Shown here in pieces: positions 30,697-41,036 of a stretch of 64,000 bases of DNA. Both the position numbers and the translations under genes were made by a program. Below the pieces are notes generated by a model, which searched no databases, was not told the DNA's origin, and saw only the letters and a list, made by a program, of their open reading frames with translations. Position 1 is the first letter of the stretch. Every line of letters starts with the position of its first letter. The stretch is taken from the NCBI GenBank assembly GCA_016218155.1, contig JACREQ010000069.1:95311-159310 (forward strand), read 5' to 3'. Source of the DNA: Bacteroidia bacterium (GTDB taxonomy: Bacteria > Bacteroidota > Bacteroidia > Bacteroidales > GWA2-32-17).

Positions 30697-30873
30697 GATT
30701 ATGATTTCTAATTAATTTCATTAACTAATCGAGAGAGAACAATATATTTTTAAAATTTTATTATAAAATTAAAAAATAGCACAACCAGTGTCTGGATGTC
30801 TCTGATAAATATCTGGATAAATTAATTTTCATTTGAGAAAGTTATATACCATTGTATTATTATGTGTAAAGTG

Positions 30874-31935
30874 TTATAATTTGATCAATTTTGTTTCTAA
30901 AATACTATCACCATCTTTAAAACGTATCATATATACTCCAACAGATAAATTACTTAAATCAATAATAGATTGTGATTCGTTAATACTTAGATTTTTTATC
31001 AACTTGCCACCAGAATCAAAAATTTCAACAAATAAATCGGTCAATGTTTCAATTTTAATAAAATCATGAAAAGGATTTGGGAAAACCTTAACCAAAAATG
31101 TGCCTGCTAAATATATTGTTTTATTTACTAACATGGTATCCATGCATCCCATGTTTGAAACTGCTATTAGTTTAATATTATAATTGCCTTCATTAGTAAA
31201 AAAATGAATAGGATTTTTAGTATTAGTAGAATCACCATCATCAAAAATCCATATAACATTACTACTTAAAGTTGACAGATCGTAAAATTGTATACTATCA
31301 TTTACTTTAGAAATAGAAGGAGATAAGCTAAAATTAGCTTCCGGTTTAGGATAGGCAGTTATTAAGTCAATATAAATTACAGATGTAGAACAACCAAATT
31401 TAGAAGTTTTAGTAAGCCAAACAGAAAATATACCATCATTGCAAAATGTATAGTCAGGATTTTTTAACGTTGAAGTGTCATTCGAAACTATTGAATCGCC
31501 AAAATTCCAAAAATATTTATCATTTTGATCCGGATTGATTTCTATAAAATCTATTTTAAGTGGTACACATCCTGTTAAATGGTCTGCAATAACACAAGTT
31601 GGAGGAAATGGCATTATGTGGATATAAATTGATTTTGAGATTTGATTACCTGAATAATCTTTTGCAGTTATTGTAATAACATTAGAGTAATCGGGATGAA
31701 CTAAATAAGGATTATTAATTATTTCACCTGAATCATTATAAAGCAAATATGGACCACCATCACCACCTGAAATTAAAGCATTAATAAATGTCGAATCACC
31801 AGGGCATAATGAATCTCTTTCAAGACTTAATGTTAAAACAATAGGAGATTTCTCTTTTGATTCGTAACAAATAGCATAAGAGATTTTTACAATAAATAAA
31901 AATAGAAAAAATAAAATCGAAAAAATAATTTTCAT
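30874..31935 (-). CDS. PKD-domain protein with T9SS CTD
   Basis: Two PKD repeats (YFWNFGD, WIFDDG); VFPNPF...LSVGVYMI...KLIKL. Confidence 0.85.
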   Translation of the reverse strand: MKIIFSILFFLFLFIVKISYAICYESKEKSPIVLTLSLERDSLCPGDSTFINALISGGDGGPYLLYNDSGEIINNPYLVHPDYSNVITITAKDYSGNQISKSIYIHIMPFPPTCVIADHLTGCVPLKIDFIEINPDQNDKYFWNFGDSIVSNDTSTLKNPDYTFCNDGIFSVWLTKTSKFGCSTSVIYIDLITAYPKPEANFSLSPSISKVNDSIQFYDLSTLSSNVIWIFDDGDSTNTKNPIHFFTNEGNYNIKLIAVSNMGCMDTMLVNKTIYLAGTFLVKVFPNPFHDFIKIETLTDLFVEIFDSGGKLIKNLSINESQSIIDLSNLSVGVYMIRFKDGDSILETKLIKL

Positions 31936-32123
31936 AAGTTAATAATCCATCTATTAGAATTTTAAGTAATCCTTATTTTCAACTACTTATTTATTGTTAT
32001 TTATTTTATACTATCAAATATACAAAATAATTTAGAAACAAAATATTATGCTAATATTGGTTATTATAACAAACTTGTCGATTTCAAGCATGAATGCTTG
32101 CACAAAAAAGAATAAGTATAGAA

Positions 32124-33260
32124 TTATTTTAAAAAGTTAGTAACATCGGTAACATTACCTTTTTCGTCCCATTCTGTTTTTTCTAGATAAACGCCTTTGC
32201 GAAATGTTGCTTCTTTCTTTTTAGCACCACTTTCATAGTACCAAATATTTTTTCCATCCATTTCGTCGTCATTATAATTTGCAATAATTCTAGGTTGTCC
32301 GTTTGAATACCAGAATCGCCATTTACCTTCCTTTTTACCGTTTGAATATGTACCTTCAATTTTCTTTTGTCCGTTGCTATACCAGTATTCCCAGAACCCA
32401 TTTTTAATTCCTTTTTCATAAGCACCACGCAATCCTTTTTGCCCGGTTTCATAATATCCGTAACATTGGCCGGTATATGGGTCTTTAGCTTTCTTAAGAT
32501 ACATTACCTGCATTCTTTCTTCCAGTTGTGCATTATCAACACCCTGCGCAAAAGTTTTATCTAAAAGATTCTGAAAATAATTAATCAAAGGTTTTCTGAA
32601 AGTACTATTTTCTACCAGATTATTGTCTTTTCTATCCAAAACTTCTATGGTAACAGCAACATCATTTACCTGATCGGGACAATAGGGGCAGGGGAACCAC
32701 GAAACGGTTATTGTAACCTTATCAGATATTCCGTTTACCTTTACTTTTTTCCAGCGAATAAAATTTGATTTTATTTTTGCATCGCCACCAAAATTTTCTT
32801 TCAAAATACTAATATAGTTTGCTGCATTCTGAAGTTCGCGAGTTGAAAAAGTAAGCAAATATTGGCTTTTATCATTTTTTTTACTTTTCCAGCGAAGTGC
32901 TTCTATATTGTCATAACACATTGCAACAACTTCATTTAACAGAAAAAGCGAATCCTGTATTTCTACTCTTAGAAATTGTTTTAAATTAATTTTAGAAATT
33001 GGAAGTTTAATCTGCTTATAACCAATTGATGAAAAAATAATTGTGTCATTAATATACTTTGAATCGAAATTAAGTTCGAATTTGCCATCTTCTGCTGTAA
33101 TTGTACCTATTGTTGTAGCTCTTATATGAACAGCTGCAAAACTAACAGGAGCATCATTAGAATAGGCATATACACCACCTTTTAAAACTAAAGTATTAGT
33201 GGTTTGAGCAACTAAAACAAAAGGACAAATTAAAAATACTATAATGAATAATCGAAACAT
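32124..33260 (-). CDS. Carboxypeptidase-regulatory-like domain plus MORN-variant repeats
   Basis: PVSFAAVHI...GTITAEDGKF...FSSIGYK; C-terminal YWYSNGQKKIEGTYSNGKKEGKW repeats. Confidence 0.8.
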   Translation of the reverse strand: MFRLFIIVFLICPFVLVAQTTNTLVLKGGVYAYSNDAPVSFAAVHIRATTIGTITAEDGKFELNFDSKYINDTIIFSSIGYKQIKLPISKINLKQFLRVEIQDSLFLLNEVVAMCYDNIEALRWKSKKNDKSQYLLTFSTRELQNAANYISILKENFGGDAKIKSNFIRWKKVKVNGISDKVTITVSWFPCPYCPDQVNDVAVTIEVLDRKDNNLVENSTFRKPLINYFQNLLDKTFAQGVDNAQLEERMQVMYLKKAKDPYTGQCYGYYETGQKGLRGAYEKGIKNGFWEYWYSNGQKKIEGTYSNGKKEGKWRFWYSNGQPRIIANYNDDEMDGKNIWYYESGAKKKEATFRKGVYLEKTEWDEKGNVTDVTNFLK

Positions 33261-33400
33261 TCTAAATTTTTTGTCAAACCTACGGTAATTTTAAAAAAAT
33301 AGCAAGTTCGCATAATTGCGTGCTTGTTAGCAATTTGAAATAAATTACTGAATTTGCGATGAAGTATAGAGTGTTAAAAAACAGAAAATCCCGATGAGTT

Positions 33401-33784
33401 TTATTCAAATGATAACAGATTATTTGAAGGGATTTCCATTTTTAAAGATGTACTTTCGTTTTCATTTTCATCGGATTGTTCTTCAGTTATTTCAGAGAAA
33501 TCAACTGGTTTTTCTTTTCTTTTAGGCTTTGGTCTTGGCTGAACAACCGGAGTTGTAACAGGATTTACAAATAATTCGTTTGTTGCTAATTCAAGTCTGT
33601 TTGCTTTAATAAACATTCCCCATTCTAAAGCTTTAGAAATGCTTTTAATATTTAATTCAACTTCCCAATCATCAGAATTAGAGTTACGTGGAATTGCAGT
33701 AAATTCAGTTTTCTGAAGAAGACAATTATCAATAATTATCTGAATGTTTTTTGTTTTAGCTAAAATTCTGGTCTTTTCATTCAT
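33401..33784 (-). CDS. Hypothetical protein
   Basis: 127-aa ORF with A-rich start context, acidic/proline-rich tail. Confidence 0.6.
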   Translation of the reverse strand: MNEKTRILAKTKNIQIIIDNCLLQKTEFTAIPRNSNSDDWEVELNIKSISKALEWGMFIKANRLELATNELFVNPVTTPVVQPRPKPKRKEKPVDFSEITEEQSDENENESTSLKMEIPSNNLLSFE

Positions 33785-33833
33785 ATTATTCTAACATTAA
33801 AATTTTTGTAGGTGTTTAGAATACAAAAATAAT

Positions 33834-33866
33834 AAAAAAGGCGCAGAGTTCATCTGCGCCTTTTTA
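33834..33866 (-). terminator. Intrinsic terminator after M43 protease
   Basis: AAAAAAGGCGCAGA-gttca-TCTGCGCCTTTTT. Confidence 0.85.
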
Positions 33867-33885
33867 AGATTTTTATAAAATTAAT

Positions 33886-36141
33886 TTATTTCACCATTAA
33901 TTTTTTAGTAAACACAAACTCACCAGCAGTTAGTTTAACAAAGTAGCATCCGGTAGAATTCAAATCATTCTTACTAATTGAATATTCATGGTGGCCTGCT
34001 GCCAAATCATTATTTTCAATAGCCTTAATTTCCTTACCTACCAAATCTATAATTTGAATTTTAGTATTCATGTTTTCTGGTAAATCAAATGAAATAGTTG
34101 AATTTTCGTCAACTGGATTAGGATAAACTTCCATATTTACAAGATCCATAGAATATGAATCCATTCCGGTATATGTACCATTGTCAATATTAATATCTTC
34201 AAGATAAATGTTATTACCGCCATTGCCAAAGAATTCAAATTTAAATCTAAAATTTGTCTGATGCTGATTTAAATATATATGAATATTTATTGAATCTGAT
34301 GCCCAGTCGGCAGGTGCAGGGTCAAAACTATTCTGATTCGGTACTGTAGTGGTTTGTAGTGCAGCTCCTAATTTTGCCCATTTTTGAGCCCAAGTTTTAC
34401 CACAATTTGTAGAAACTAAAATTCTCATTTTATCATATGCAGTATCGGCATCAGTAAGAACAGTACCAGGATTTATTTTACCGCAATAAGCATATTTAAA
34501 TTTTAATTTAAGAGGTACAGTATTATATAAAGAAGTTAAATCATAACCATCACTAATCAAATCGTCAAAACTGCCATTCTGGTTTCCGATAAAATTTCTG
34601 ATTCTTGCAGATTTAGTACCAGAAACAGAAGCAGTATCAGTAATTTCCCATCCAATCCCAGCTGCATTATCAACTATCCAGGTAGGGTTAATTCCAGCTT
34701 CAAAATCTTCATTTAAAGGAACCTGAACATTTGTAGATGGATCAAATACTCTGATATAAGAAGTTTTTGTTATACTGTCATTTCCAGAAGCATTTGCTAC
34801 GATAAGTTTTACAGGATATATTCCTGCTGCTGTATATGTTACAGAAGGATTCTGAAGTGTAGAAGTTGAAGGTGTTGCGCCGGTTAAATCCCAGTTCCAT
34901 GAAGTTGGAGCTGAATTAAATGAAATATCTGAAAAGTTTACAGCATCGCCAACACAAATTCTTTTTGGGGTTGCAGAAAAGTCAGCTATTGGTGCACAAA
35001 TCGGATGGTAACTTGTGTCTAAAACTCCTGTTGCAATTAAATTCTCTTTTGTCCACAAATTATGTCTGATACCTGCAAGAGTCGCATCAACTCTGGCTTT
35101 TTGTCCGTTTGTAAATGAATTGGTACAATATCCGAATTGATAATCCATATAATTCTCAATCATATCAGGCTCATCAGGACTATCTTGTGTGCAAGAATTA
35201 ATACTTCCGGGAGTAAAACATGATACAGAAGTATTTTGTGTTGCAACAGCTACAGGAGGAGTATCGTCAACTTCATCGCCGGCTGATGCAAATAGAGTAG
35301 GACAACCACTTGATGCGGGCAATAATCCAAACATTAAATTTTGAAATGGATGATATAAATTAAAATAATGACCTGTTTCATGAGTAAATGTTCTGTTAAG
35401 TAAATTTATACCCATTCCACCCATATCTGTTGCTGTTCCAATTGAGCCAACACAGTCCTGACGAATTAATACACCATCAATATCAGAATCACCACCTGTT
35501 AATGCCTGTGATAAAGTATTGTCAGGAGGAAAAGGAGACATACCGCCAATAAAAGCTCCGTCGGGTAATGACATACCTTCAGGATAAATAAAATTTACAG
35601 CAAAAATATTCATGTACTTTGTTGGATCCCAAACGTATTGTTTCATAGTTGCAAAATATGCCCAATTAGTTTGAGGATCAAAGATATGTTCAATACCATT
35701 AGTGCAATTTCCAAGTACATCTATCTTTGCTAATCTGAATTCAATTGCAAAATCTGATGCTCTTGGTTTAAAAAGTGGAAAAATATTTACTGTATCTGCA
35801 TTTAATTTTGCATAATCAATATTCATTTTATTAATTCCATCTATAACCTGTGCATCACTTATATTTTCAGGTCCGTTTGCATGAATAACATGAACCACTA
35901 CAGGAATTATTCTTCTACCATTAATCAGAGTATCTACTTTAATGTTATTAAGATTTTCAATAATTTGCTTAAAGTTTTTTTCATAAAGCAAATAATCATT
36001 TAAAATCTGAGGGTTCTCCTTAATCTTTTGTTTAATAATTAAGTCATCTGCAATAATAGGTTTAATAGTCTGACTATAACCTAAATGAGAGATTGAAAAA
36101 CTAGAAATGATAATTAAAATAAGTAAACTAAATCGATTCAT
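33886..36141 (-). CDS. M43 (pappalysin/ulilysin-like) zinc metalloprotease with PKD domain and T9SS CTD
   Basis: IPVVVHVIH, HETGHYFNLYH zinc motif, D.VDDTP, ENYMDY Met-turn, FTNGQ; VYPNP CTD. Confidence 0.9.
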   Translation of the reverse strand: MNRFSLLILIIISSFSISHLGYSQTIKPIIADDLIIKQKIKENPQILNDYLLYEKNFKQIIENLNNIKVDTLINGRRIIPVVVHVIHANGPENISDAQVIDGINKMNIDYAKLNADTVNIFPLFKPRASDFAIEFRLAKIDVLGNCTNGIEHIFDPQTNWAYFATMKQYVWDPTKYMNIFAVNFIYPEGMSLPDGAFIGGMSPFPPDNTLSQALTGGDSDIDGVLIRQDCVGSIGTATDMGGMGINLLNRTFTHETGHYFNLYHPFQNLMFGLLPASSGCPTLFASAGDEVDDTPPVAVATQNTSVSCFTPGSINSCTQDSPDEPDMIENYMDYQFGYCTNSFTNGQKARVDATLAGIRHNLWTKENLIATGVLDTSYHPICAPIADFSATPKRICVGDAVNFSDISFNSAPTSWNWDLTGATPSTSTLQNPSVTYTAAGIYPVKLIVANASGNDSITKTSYIRVFDPSTNVQVPLNEDFEAGINPTWIVDNAAGIGWEITDTASVSGTKSARIRNFIGNQNGSFDDLISDGYDLTSLYNTVPLKLKFKYAYCGKINPGTVLTDADTAYDKMRILVSTNCGKTWAQKWAKLGAALQTTTVPNQNSFDPAPADWASDSINIHIYLNQHQTNFRFKFEFFGNGGNNIYLEDINIDNGTYTGMDSYSMDLVNMEVYPNPVDENSTISFDLPENMNTKIQIIDLVGKEIKAIENNDLAAGHHEYSISKNDLNSTGCYFVKLTAGEFVFTKKLMVK

Positions 36142-36242
36142 ATTTAGCAGTTTTAAATGGTTATTAATACCGCTAATATAAAAAAAAAGCTTAAAAAATA
36201 CGATGATGAAAAATTGAAAAAACTATGTTTTAAAAATAGAAT

Positions 36243-36836
36243 TTACCAACCTGTAAATGAATTTCCACAGTTGTGTGAAAAAGGAGAGGAATAAGAATTA
36301 AACGGTGAATTGCCTTTATTATATTGCATTTCGAAATACAAGCTGGTTTTCTCATTAATATTATAACCAATACCTATTTTGCCACCCTTAGCATCATTAT
36401 AATAAGCAGGGTTTATATTGTTAGGAACATCAGGCTTTGCAAGTGAAGTATAAGCACCACCTGTTAGAAAAACTTTATTACTGATTTTATAAGATCCTTG
36501 TGTATAAAAAAAAGTTCCGTTTACATTATTCATTCTTGAACCACCCTCGGTATTAAAACTACTTGGCATACTAAAACTACTGAAAATTACACCGGCCTGA
36601 ACAGATAGTTTTGAAGTTAAATTAACATTATAATTCGGAGCCAAAAAGGAACCATAATAACCTTGCCCGTTAAAACTACCACCAAATGCACCTGCATTAA
36701 CGCCCCAACGACCAGAAACTCCTTTTTTAACCGGAGATAAATTAGATGGATTAAAATATTCAGTTGTAGAATCAGTCTGACCTATAGCCAGATTAAAACA
36801 GAAAAAAACTGAAACGAAAAACAATAAAGTTTTCAT
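36243..36836 (-). CDS. Hypothetical outer-membrane beta-strand protein
   Basis: Signal peptide; Gly/aromatic alternating strands. Confidence 0.6.
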   Translation of the reverse strand: MKTLLFFVSVFFCFNLAIGQTDSTTEYFNPSNLSPVKKGVSGRWGVNAGAFGGSFNGQGYYGSFLAPNYNVNLTSKLSVQAGVIFSSFSMPSSFNTEGGSRMNNVNGTFFYTQGSYKISNKVFLTGGAYTSLAKPDVPNNINPAYYNDAKGGKIGIGYNINEKTSLYFEMQYNKGNSPFNSYSSPFSHNCGNSFTGW

Positions 36837-36972
36837 GTCTTTTTATTTTACTCAAAGATACATAATAATTTTTCACGTTATTAATAGATTAACATAAAAA
36901 ACTTTAAAATATAAAACATATAATAATTTGATATAACATTACTTATAAAACAAATGTTAATAAAGTAATTAT

Positions 36973-38991
36973 TTATTCTTCGTCAATATCAGGAATATAG
37001 TTGGTAGAAATAACTTTAAACTCGGTTCTACGATTCATTTGATTAGCCTGATCTTTTAATTCAGGAGTTGCTAGCTTATTTATATATTCTTCGGTTAAAA
37101 TATCACCTTCCTTAAAAACTCCATCTTTTGAATCTTTTGCATTTCTTCCATTAATAACTTTTGGCATTGTTTTTCCATAACCTTTTGCCACAAGACGATC
37201 TTTTGCAATTCCTTTTTCAACCATATAATCAACTACAGATTGAGCACGTTTTTGAGATAATGTAACATTACTCAAAGAATCGCCTACCATATCGGTATGA
37301 GAGCCTAATTCAATTGTAATATTTGGATTTGCTTTTAAAATATCAGAAAGTCCGTTTAATTCTCTTTTAACTTCAGGACGTAAATCCCATTTACCAAAAT
37401 CATATAATACATTTTCTACTTCAACAGGGTTTGAAATTGAAGCCAATCTAATTACATCAGAGAAAGTCTTGCTATCTGCTAATTCAGCAGTTGTTATTCT
37501 TCCCTTTCCATTAAGATAGCCTTCCTTTTTAGCTAAATAAATGTAATCTGTATGCTGATTAAGTTTATATCTGAATGTACCATCATCTAATGTTGTAATG
37601 TCAAGATCAGTTCCATCATTTCCTACAATTCTTATTCTTGCACCCTTAATAGGTTTATCGGTATTTTCATCTCTGATTACACCTTGTAAAACAAACTCCA
37701 TTGGCGGTAAAATAAATGAATATATATCATCTTTTCCTTTTCCTCCTTTTCGTGAAGAACTAAATAATCCTTCCTCAGAGTTTCCTTTAAATATTATATC
37801 AAAATCATCCTGAGAAGAATTAATCGGATATCTCATATTTTCAACTATCCATTCATTATCTTCATTTTTTGTTGCTTTAAATATATCTAGTCCACCCATA
37901 CCAGGATGACCGTTGGAACAAAAATACAATATGCCGTTTTCACGGATAAATGGAAACATTTCATCGCCAAGGGTATTAATTTCCATTCCAAGATTTACAA
38001 GATTTGCAAAAGATTTTGATTTTGACTTTCTTGTCATCATATAAATATCGTTACCACCAAATCCTCCTGACATTTTAGCAACAAAATACATTGTTAAACC
38101 ATCTTTTGAAATTGAAGGATATCCAACAGAAATACTATCATTTGCAATTTGAACTATTTCATATTTTAGCCAGTCTTCACCAGGATCACGTACGCCTTTA
38201 TAAATCTGACAACCAAGTTTAATACCTCTTGCAATTTTGCATCGAGTAAAATACAAACTATTATAGTTATCTGACAGACACGGTGCTCCATCATCATTTA
38301 CTGAGTTTATAGTATCATTTAACGGTTCAGGCTTACTCCATTCACCTTTTTTATCTAAAGAAGTTTCAAAAATGTCAGAAAATATCTGACCTGTAACAGG
38401 ATTTATTTTTTCACCATGAATACCCGGGCGGGTAGAGGTAAAGTAAATATTTAAATAATCATTTGAAGCATATGCCGGTGCAAAATCACTTTCTTTCGAG
38501 TTTAATTCTTTTCTGTTTTCAATTACATATCTGGTAGGACTATCAATCCACTTTGCTGAAAGGGAACAGGAAATTTTTGACACCTTTGCTCTTTCATCAT
38601 TAGGAACTCTTTTTAAATATTCTTCATATTGTACAGCGGCTTCAGCATATTTTTCATTCCTTTGAAGCATATCCGCATAATAATAATAAATAAGAGGATT
38701 TTGATAATTTTTAGTAATAACCTTTAAGTATTGAGCCTCTGCCTTTTGAGTTTGATTCATATTTCTGTAACATTCTGCAATTCTAAATGAAATATAATTC
38801 TTCTCATCTTTGTTTTGAGATTCTTTATACAAATCTTTATACATATTTAAGGCTTTGAAAAACTCATTGGTTGCATAAGTGTAATCTGCCTTTTTAGTAA
38901 ATTTACTATAAAAATCATCTTGTGAAAAAGCAGTATTACTTAACAAGGCTAAATAAATTATTATTACTGCTTTATAAATATATTTTGACAT
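36973..38991 (-). CDS. OmpA-family protein with TPR, PD40 and carboxypeptidase-regulatory domains (PorE-like)
   Basis: TPRs; PD40 (GDEMFPF, SNGHPGMGGLDIF); OmpA (IELGSHTD, LSQKRAQSVV, KGYG, NRRTEF). Confidence 0.9.
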   Translation of the reverse strand: MSKYIYKAVIIIYLALLSNTAFSQDDFYSKFTKKADYTYATNEFFKALNMYKDLYKESQNKDEKNYISFRIAECYRNMNQTQKAEAQYLKVITKNYQNPLIYYYYADMLQRNEKYAEAAVQYEEYLKRVPNDERAKVSKISCSLSAKWIDSPTRYVIENRKELNSKESDFAPAYASNDYLNIYFTSTRPGIHGEKINPVTGQIFSDIFETSLDKKGEWSKPEPLNDTINSVNDDGAPCLSDNYNSLYFTRCKIARGIKLGCQIYKGVRDPGEDWLKYEIVQIANDSISVGYPSISKDGLTMYFVAKMSGGFGGNDIYMMTRKSKSKSFANLVNLGMEINTLGDEMFPFIRENGILYFCSNGHPGMGGLDIFKATKNEDNEWIVENMRYPINSSQDDFDIIFKGNSEEGLFSSSRKGGKGKDDIYSFILPPMEFVLQGVIRDENTDKPIKGARIRIVGNDGTDLDITTLDDGTFRYKLNQHTDYIYLAKKEGYLNGKGRITTAELADSKTFSDVIRLASISNPVEVENVLYDFGKWDLRPEVKRELNGLSDILKANPNITIELGSHTDMVGDSLSNVTLSQKRAQSVVDYMVEKGIAKDRLVAKGYGKTMPKVINGRNAKDSKDGVFKEGDILTEEYINKLATPELKDQANQMNRRTEFKVISTNYIPDIDEE

Positions 38992-39135
38992 GAATTGAAA
39001 AATTAATATCGATGAAACGTTAAGGTCTCAAAATTATTATAAAATTGGGAATTATAACTATATTTTTTTATTCTGTTTACTAATAATTAATAACTTTACG
39101 AGTCGAAAATTTCGACAAAATTATATTTATTGTAG

Positions 39136-39240
39136 TCTCCGAGTTAAGTTTTCTAAGGATGAAAGTCTATGAAAATTAACCATTGGGTCAATGGAAACAA
39201 ACAGCCCACCCGAGGTTTAAAACCCAAATTGGAAAGGAGA
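39136..39240 (+). ncRNA. Moco-family riboswitch aptamer, P3-less (Tuco-class) architecture
   Basis: P1 TCTCC/GGAGA; P2 GTTAAGTTTTC/GAAAATTAAC with CTAAG...TATG tetraloop receptor; P4 GGG...GGAAAC...CCC; CCCG...TTGGAAAGG 3' signature; upstream of molybdate transporter and mobA. Confidence 0.9.
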
Positions 39241-39267
39241 AAGTCATTAAAAAATATTTAATGATTG

Positions 39268-39299
39268 TGCCTTCTTTCCATTTGATAGAAGGCATTTTT
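39268..39299 (+). terminator. Riboswitch expression-platform terminator
   Basis: TGCCTTCT-11nt-AGAAGGCA-TTTTT ending 7 nt before ATG 39307. Confidence 0.8.
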
Positions 39300-39306
39300 A
39301 TTGAGT

Positions 39307-40473
39307 ATGGCAAATGTTTTATTTTTTTTTAAGTCTCGCATCAGGTTCGACCGAAATGAGTTTTCGGGAGCTTTTGGTGATATTGGCACCGATTTACCTT
39401 TAATAATTGGTATGATACTGGCTTCTGGATTAGATAGTGCCAGTGTTTTAATAACATACGGGATTATGCAATTGCTAACTGCAATGCTTTACGGAATTCC
39501 AATGCCGGTTCAACCATTAAAAGCAGTTGCAATGATTGTAATTACACAAAAAATTGCTCCCGAAGTTATTTATGGTGGCGGTTTAGCAATTGGTGTATTA
39601 ATGTTAGTTCTATCACTAACAGGTCTTGTTGATTTAATTGCAAAATATATTCCTAAGGTTGTGGTGCGTGGAATTCAGTTTGGGCTTGGAATTCAACTTT
39701 CTATGGTTGCATTAAAAGAATATGTTGTAGCAGATTCTTTTTCGGGATATTGGCTTGCAGGAATTGCATTTATTATTACAATAATTTTATTAGGAAACAG
39801 AAAATATCCTCCGGCCATTTTTATTATTATTGCAGGCGTTGCTTATGCCTTAATTTTTAAATTCACAAACTTTAATTTTGTAAATGCAATTAGCTTTTCA
39901 ATACCAAAATTGTATACACCGAGCTGGACAGACATCTTAACCGGGTTTTTAATACTGGCACTTCCACAGATTCCTCTTTCTATTGGAAATTCAATTATTG
40001 CAACAAAACAAATGGCAACTGATTATTTTCCAGAGAAAAAAATAACAGTAAAAAAAATCAGTCTTACTTATTCAATAATAAATATTATTAATCCATTTTT
40101 AGGCGGTGTTCCTACATGTCATGGTTCGGGTGGCATGGCCGGACATTACGCATTTGGTGCAAGAACCGGAGGATCTGTATTTATTTATGGCATATTGTTT
40201 TTAATCTTAGGTTTTTTCTTTAGCGGTAGTTTTGAGCAAATTGTTAAGATATTCCCTTTACCAGTATTAGGCGTAATTCTTTTATTTGAGGGATTAACAT
40301 TAATGATTTTTATAAAAGATATTATTGATTCTAAAAAGAGTTTCTTTATAGCATTACTGGTTGCCTTAATTGCATGTGGCTTACCATATGGTTATTTAAT
40401 TGGAATGATAGTAGGAACAATTATGTATTATATCTCTGACAAAAAAATCAAAAACTATTTTAAAATTAAATGA
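39307..40473 (+). CDS. MOT1-family molybdate (or tungstate) transporter
   Basis: EFSGAFGDIGT..P, PMPVQPLKAVA, P.CHGSGGMAGHYAFGARTGGS. Confidence 0.9.
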   Translation: MANVLFFFKSRIRFDRNEFSGAFGDIGTDLPLIIGMILASGLDSASVLITYGIMQLLTAMLYGIPMPVQPLKAVAMIVITQKIAPEVIYGGGLAIGVLMLVLSLTGLVDLIAKYIPKVVVRGIQFGLGIQLSMVALKEYVVADSFSGYWLAGIAFIITIILLGNRKYPPAIFIIIAGVAYALIFKFTNFNFVNAISFSIPKLYTPSWTDILTGFLILALPQIPLSIGNSIIATKQMATDYFPEKKITVKKISLTYSIINIINPFLGGVPTCHGSGGMAGHYAFGARTGGSVFIYGILFLILGFFFSGSFEQIVKIFPLPVLGVILLFEGLTLMIFIKDIIDSKKSFFIALLVALIACGLPYGYLIGMIVGTIMYYISDKKIKNYFKIK

Positions 40474-41036
40474 ATTTAACAGGAATTATATTAGCTGGCG
40501 GAGAGAGCAGTAGAATAGGTAAGGACAAAAGTAAAATCATTTATAACAATTTACCATTAATTGAATATCCTATTAATTTGTTCAGGAAATACTGTGATGA
40601 AATTATTATTAGTGCCGACTCGAACAAGTTAAATGAATATAATTATTTAAAAGTACCTGATGAAATCGGGAAATATGGGCCTCTTGCAGGAATTTATTCA
40701 TGTTTAAAGAAAAGTTCAAATCATGTAAATATTGTTATATCCTGTGATATGCCTTTAATTACAGATAAATTAATCAGTTATATTATTGATAATTCAAATG
40801 GATTTGATTTGATAATGCCATTTTATAATTCTCATTATGAGCCATTATGTGCAATATACACAAAATCATTAATCCCAGTTATTGAAGATTTATTTTCAAA
40901 AAATGATTACTCGCCTTTAAGTCTGATACCTGTTTGTAATTTCAAACAATTAGAAATATCCGAGAGTCTTCCATTTTTTAATAAAAATGTTTTTAGTAAT
41001 GTAAATACTATTTACGATTTAAATAATTTAAAATGA
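40470..41036 (+). CDS. mobA: Molybdenum cofactor guanylyltransferase
   Basis: GIILAGGESSRIGKDK, GPLAGI, SCDMPL, EPLCAIY, FSNVNT..DL. Confidence 0.92.
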   Translation: MNLTGIILAGGESSRIGKDKSKIIYNNLPLIEYPINLFRKYCDEIIISADSNKLNEYNYLKVPDEIGKYGPLAGIYSCLKKSSNHVNIVISCDMPLITDKLISYIIDNSNGFDLIMPFYNSHYEPLCAIYTKSLIPVIEDLFSKNDYSPLSLIPVCNFKQLEISESLPFFNKNVFSNVNTIYDLNNLK

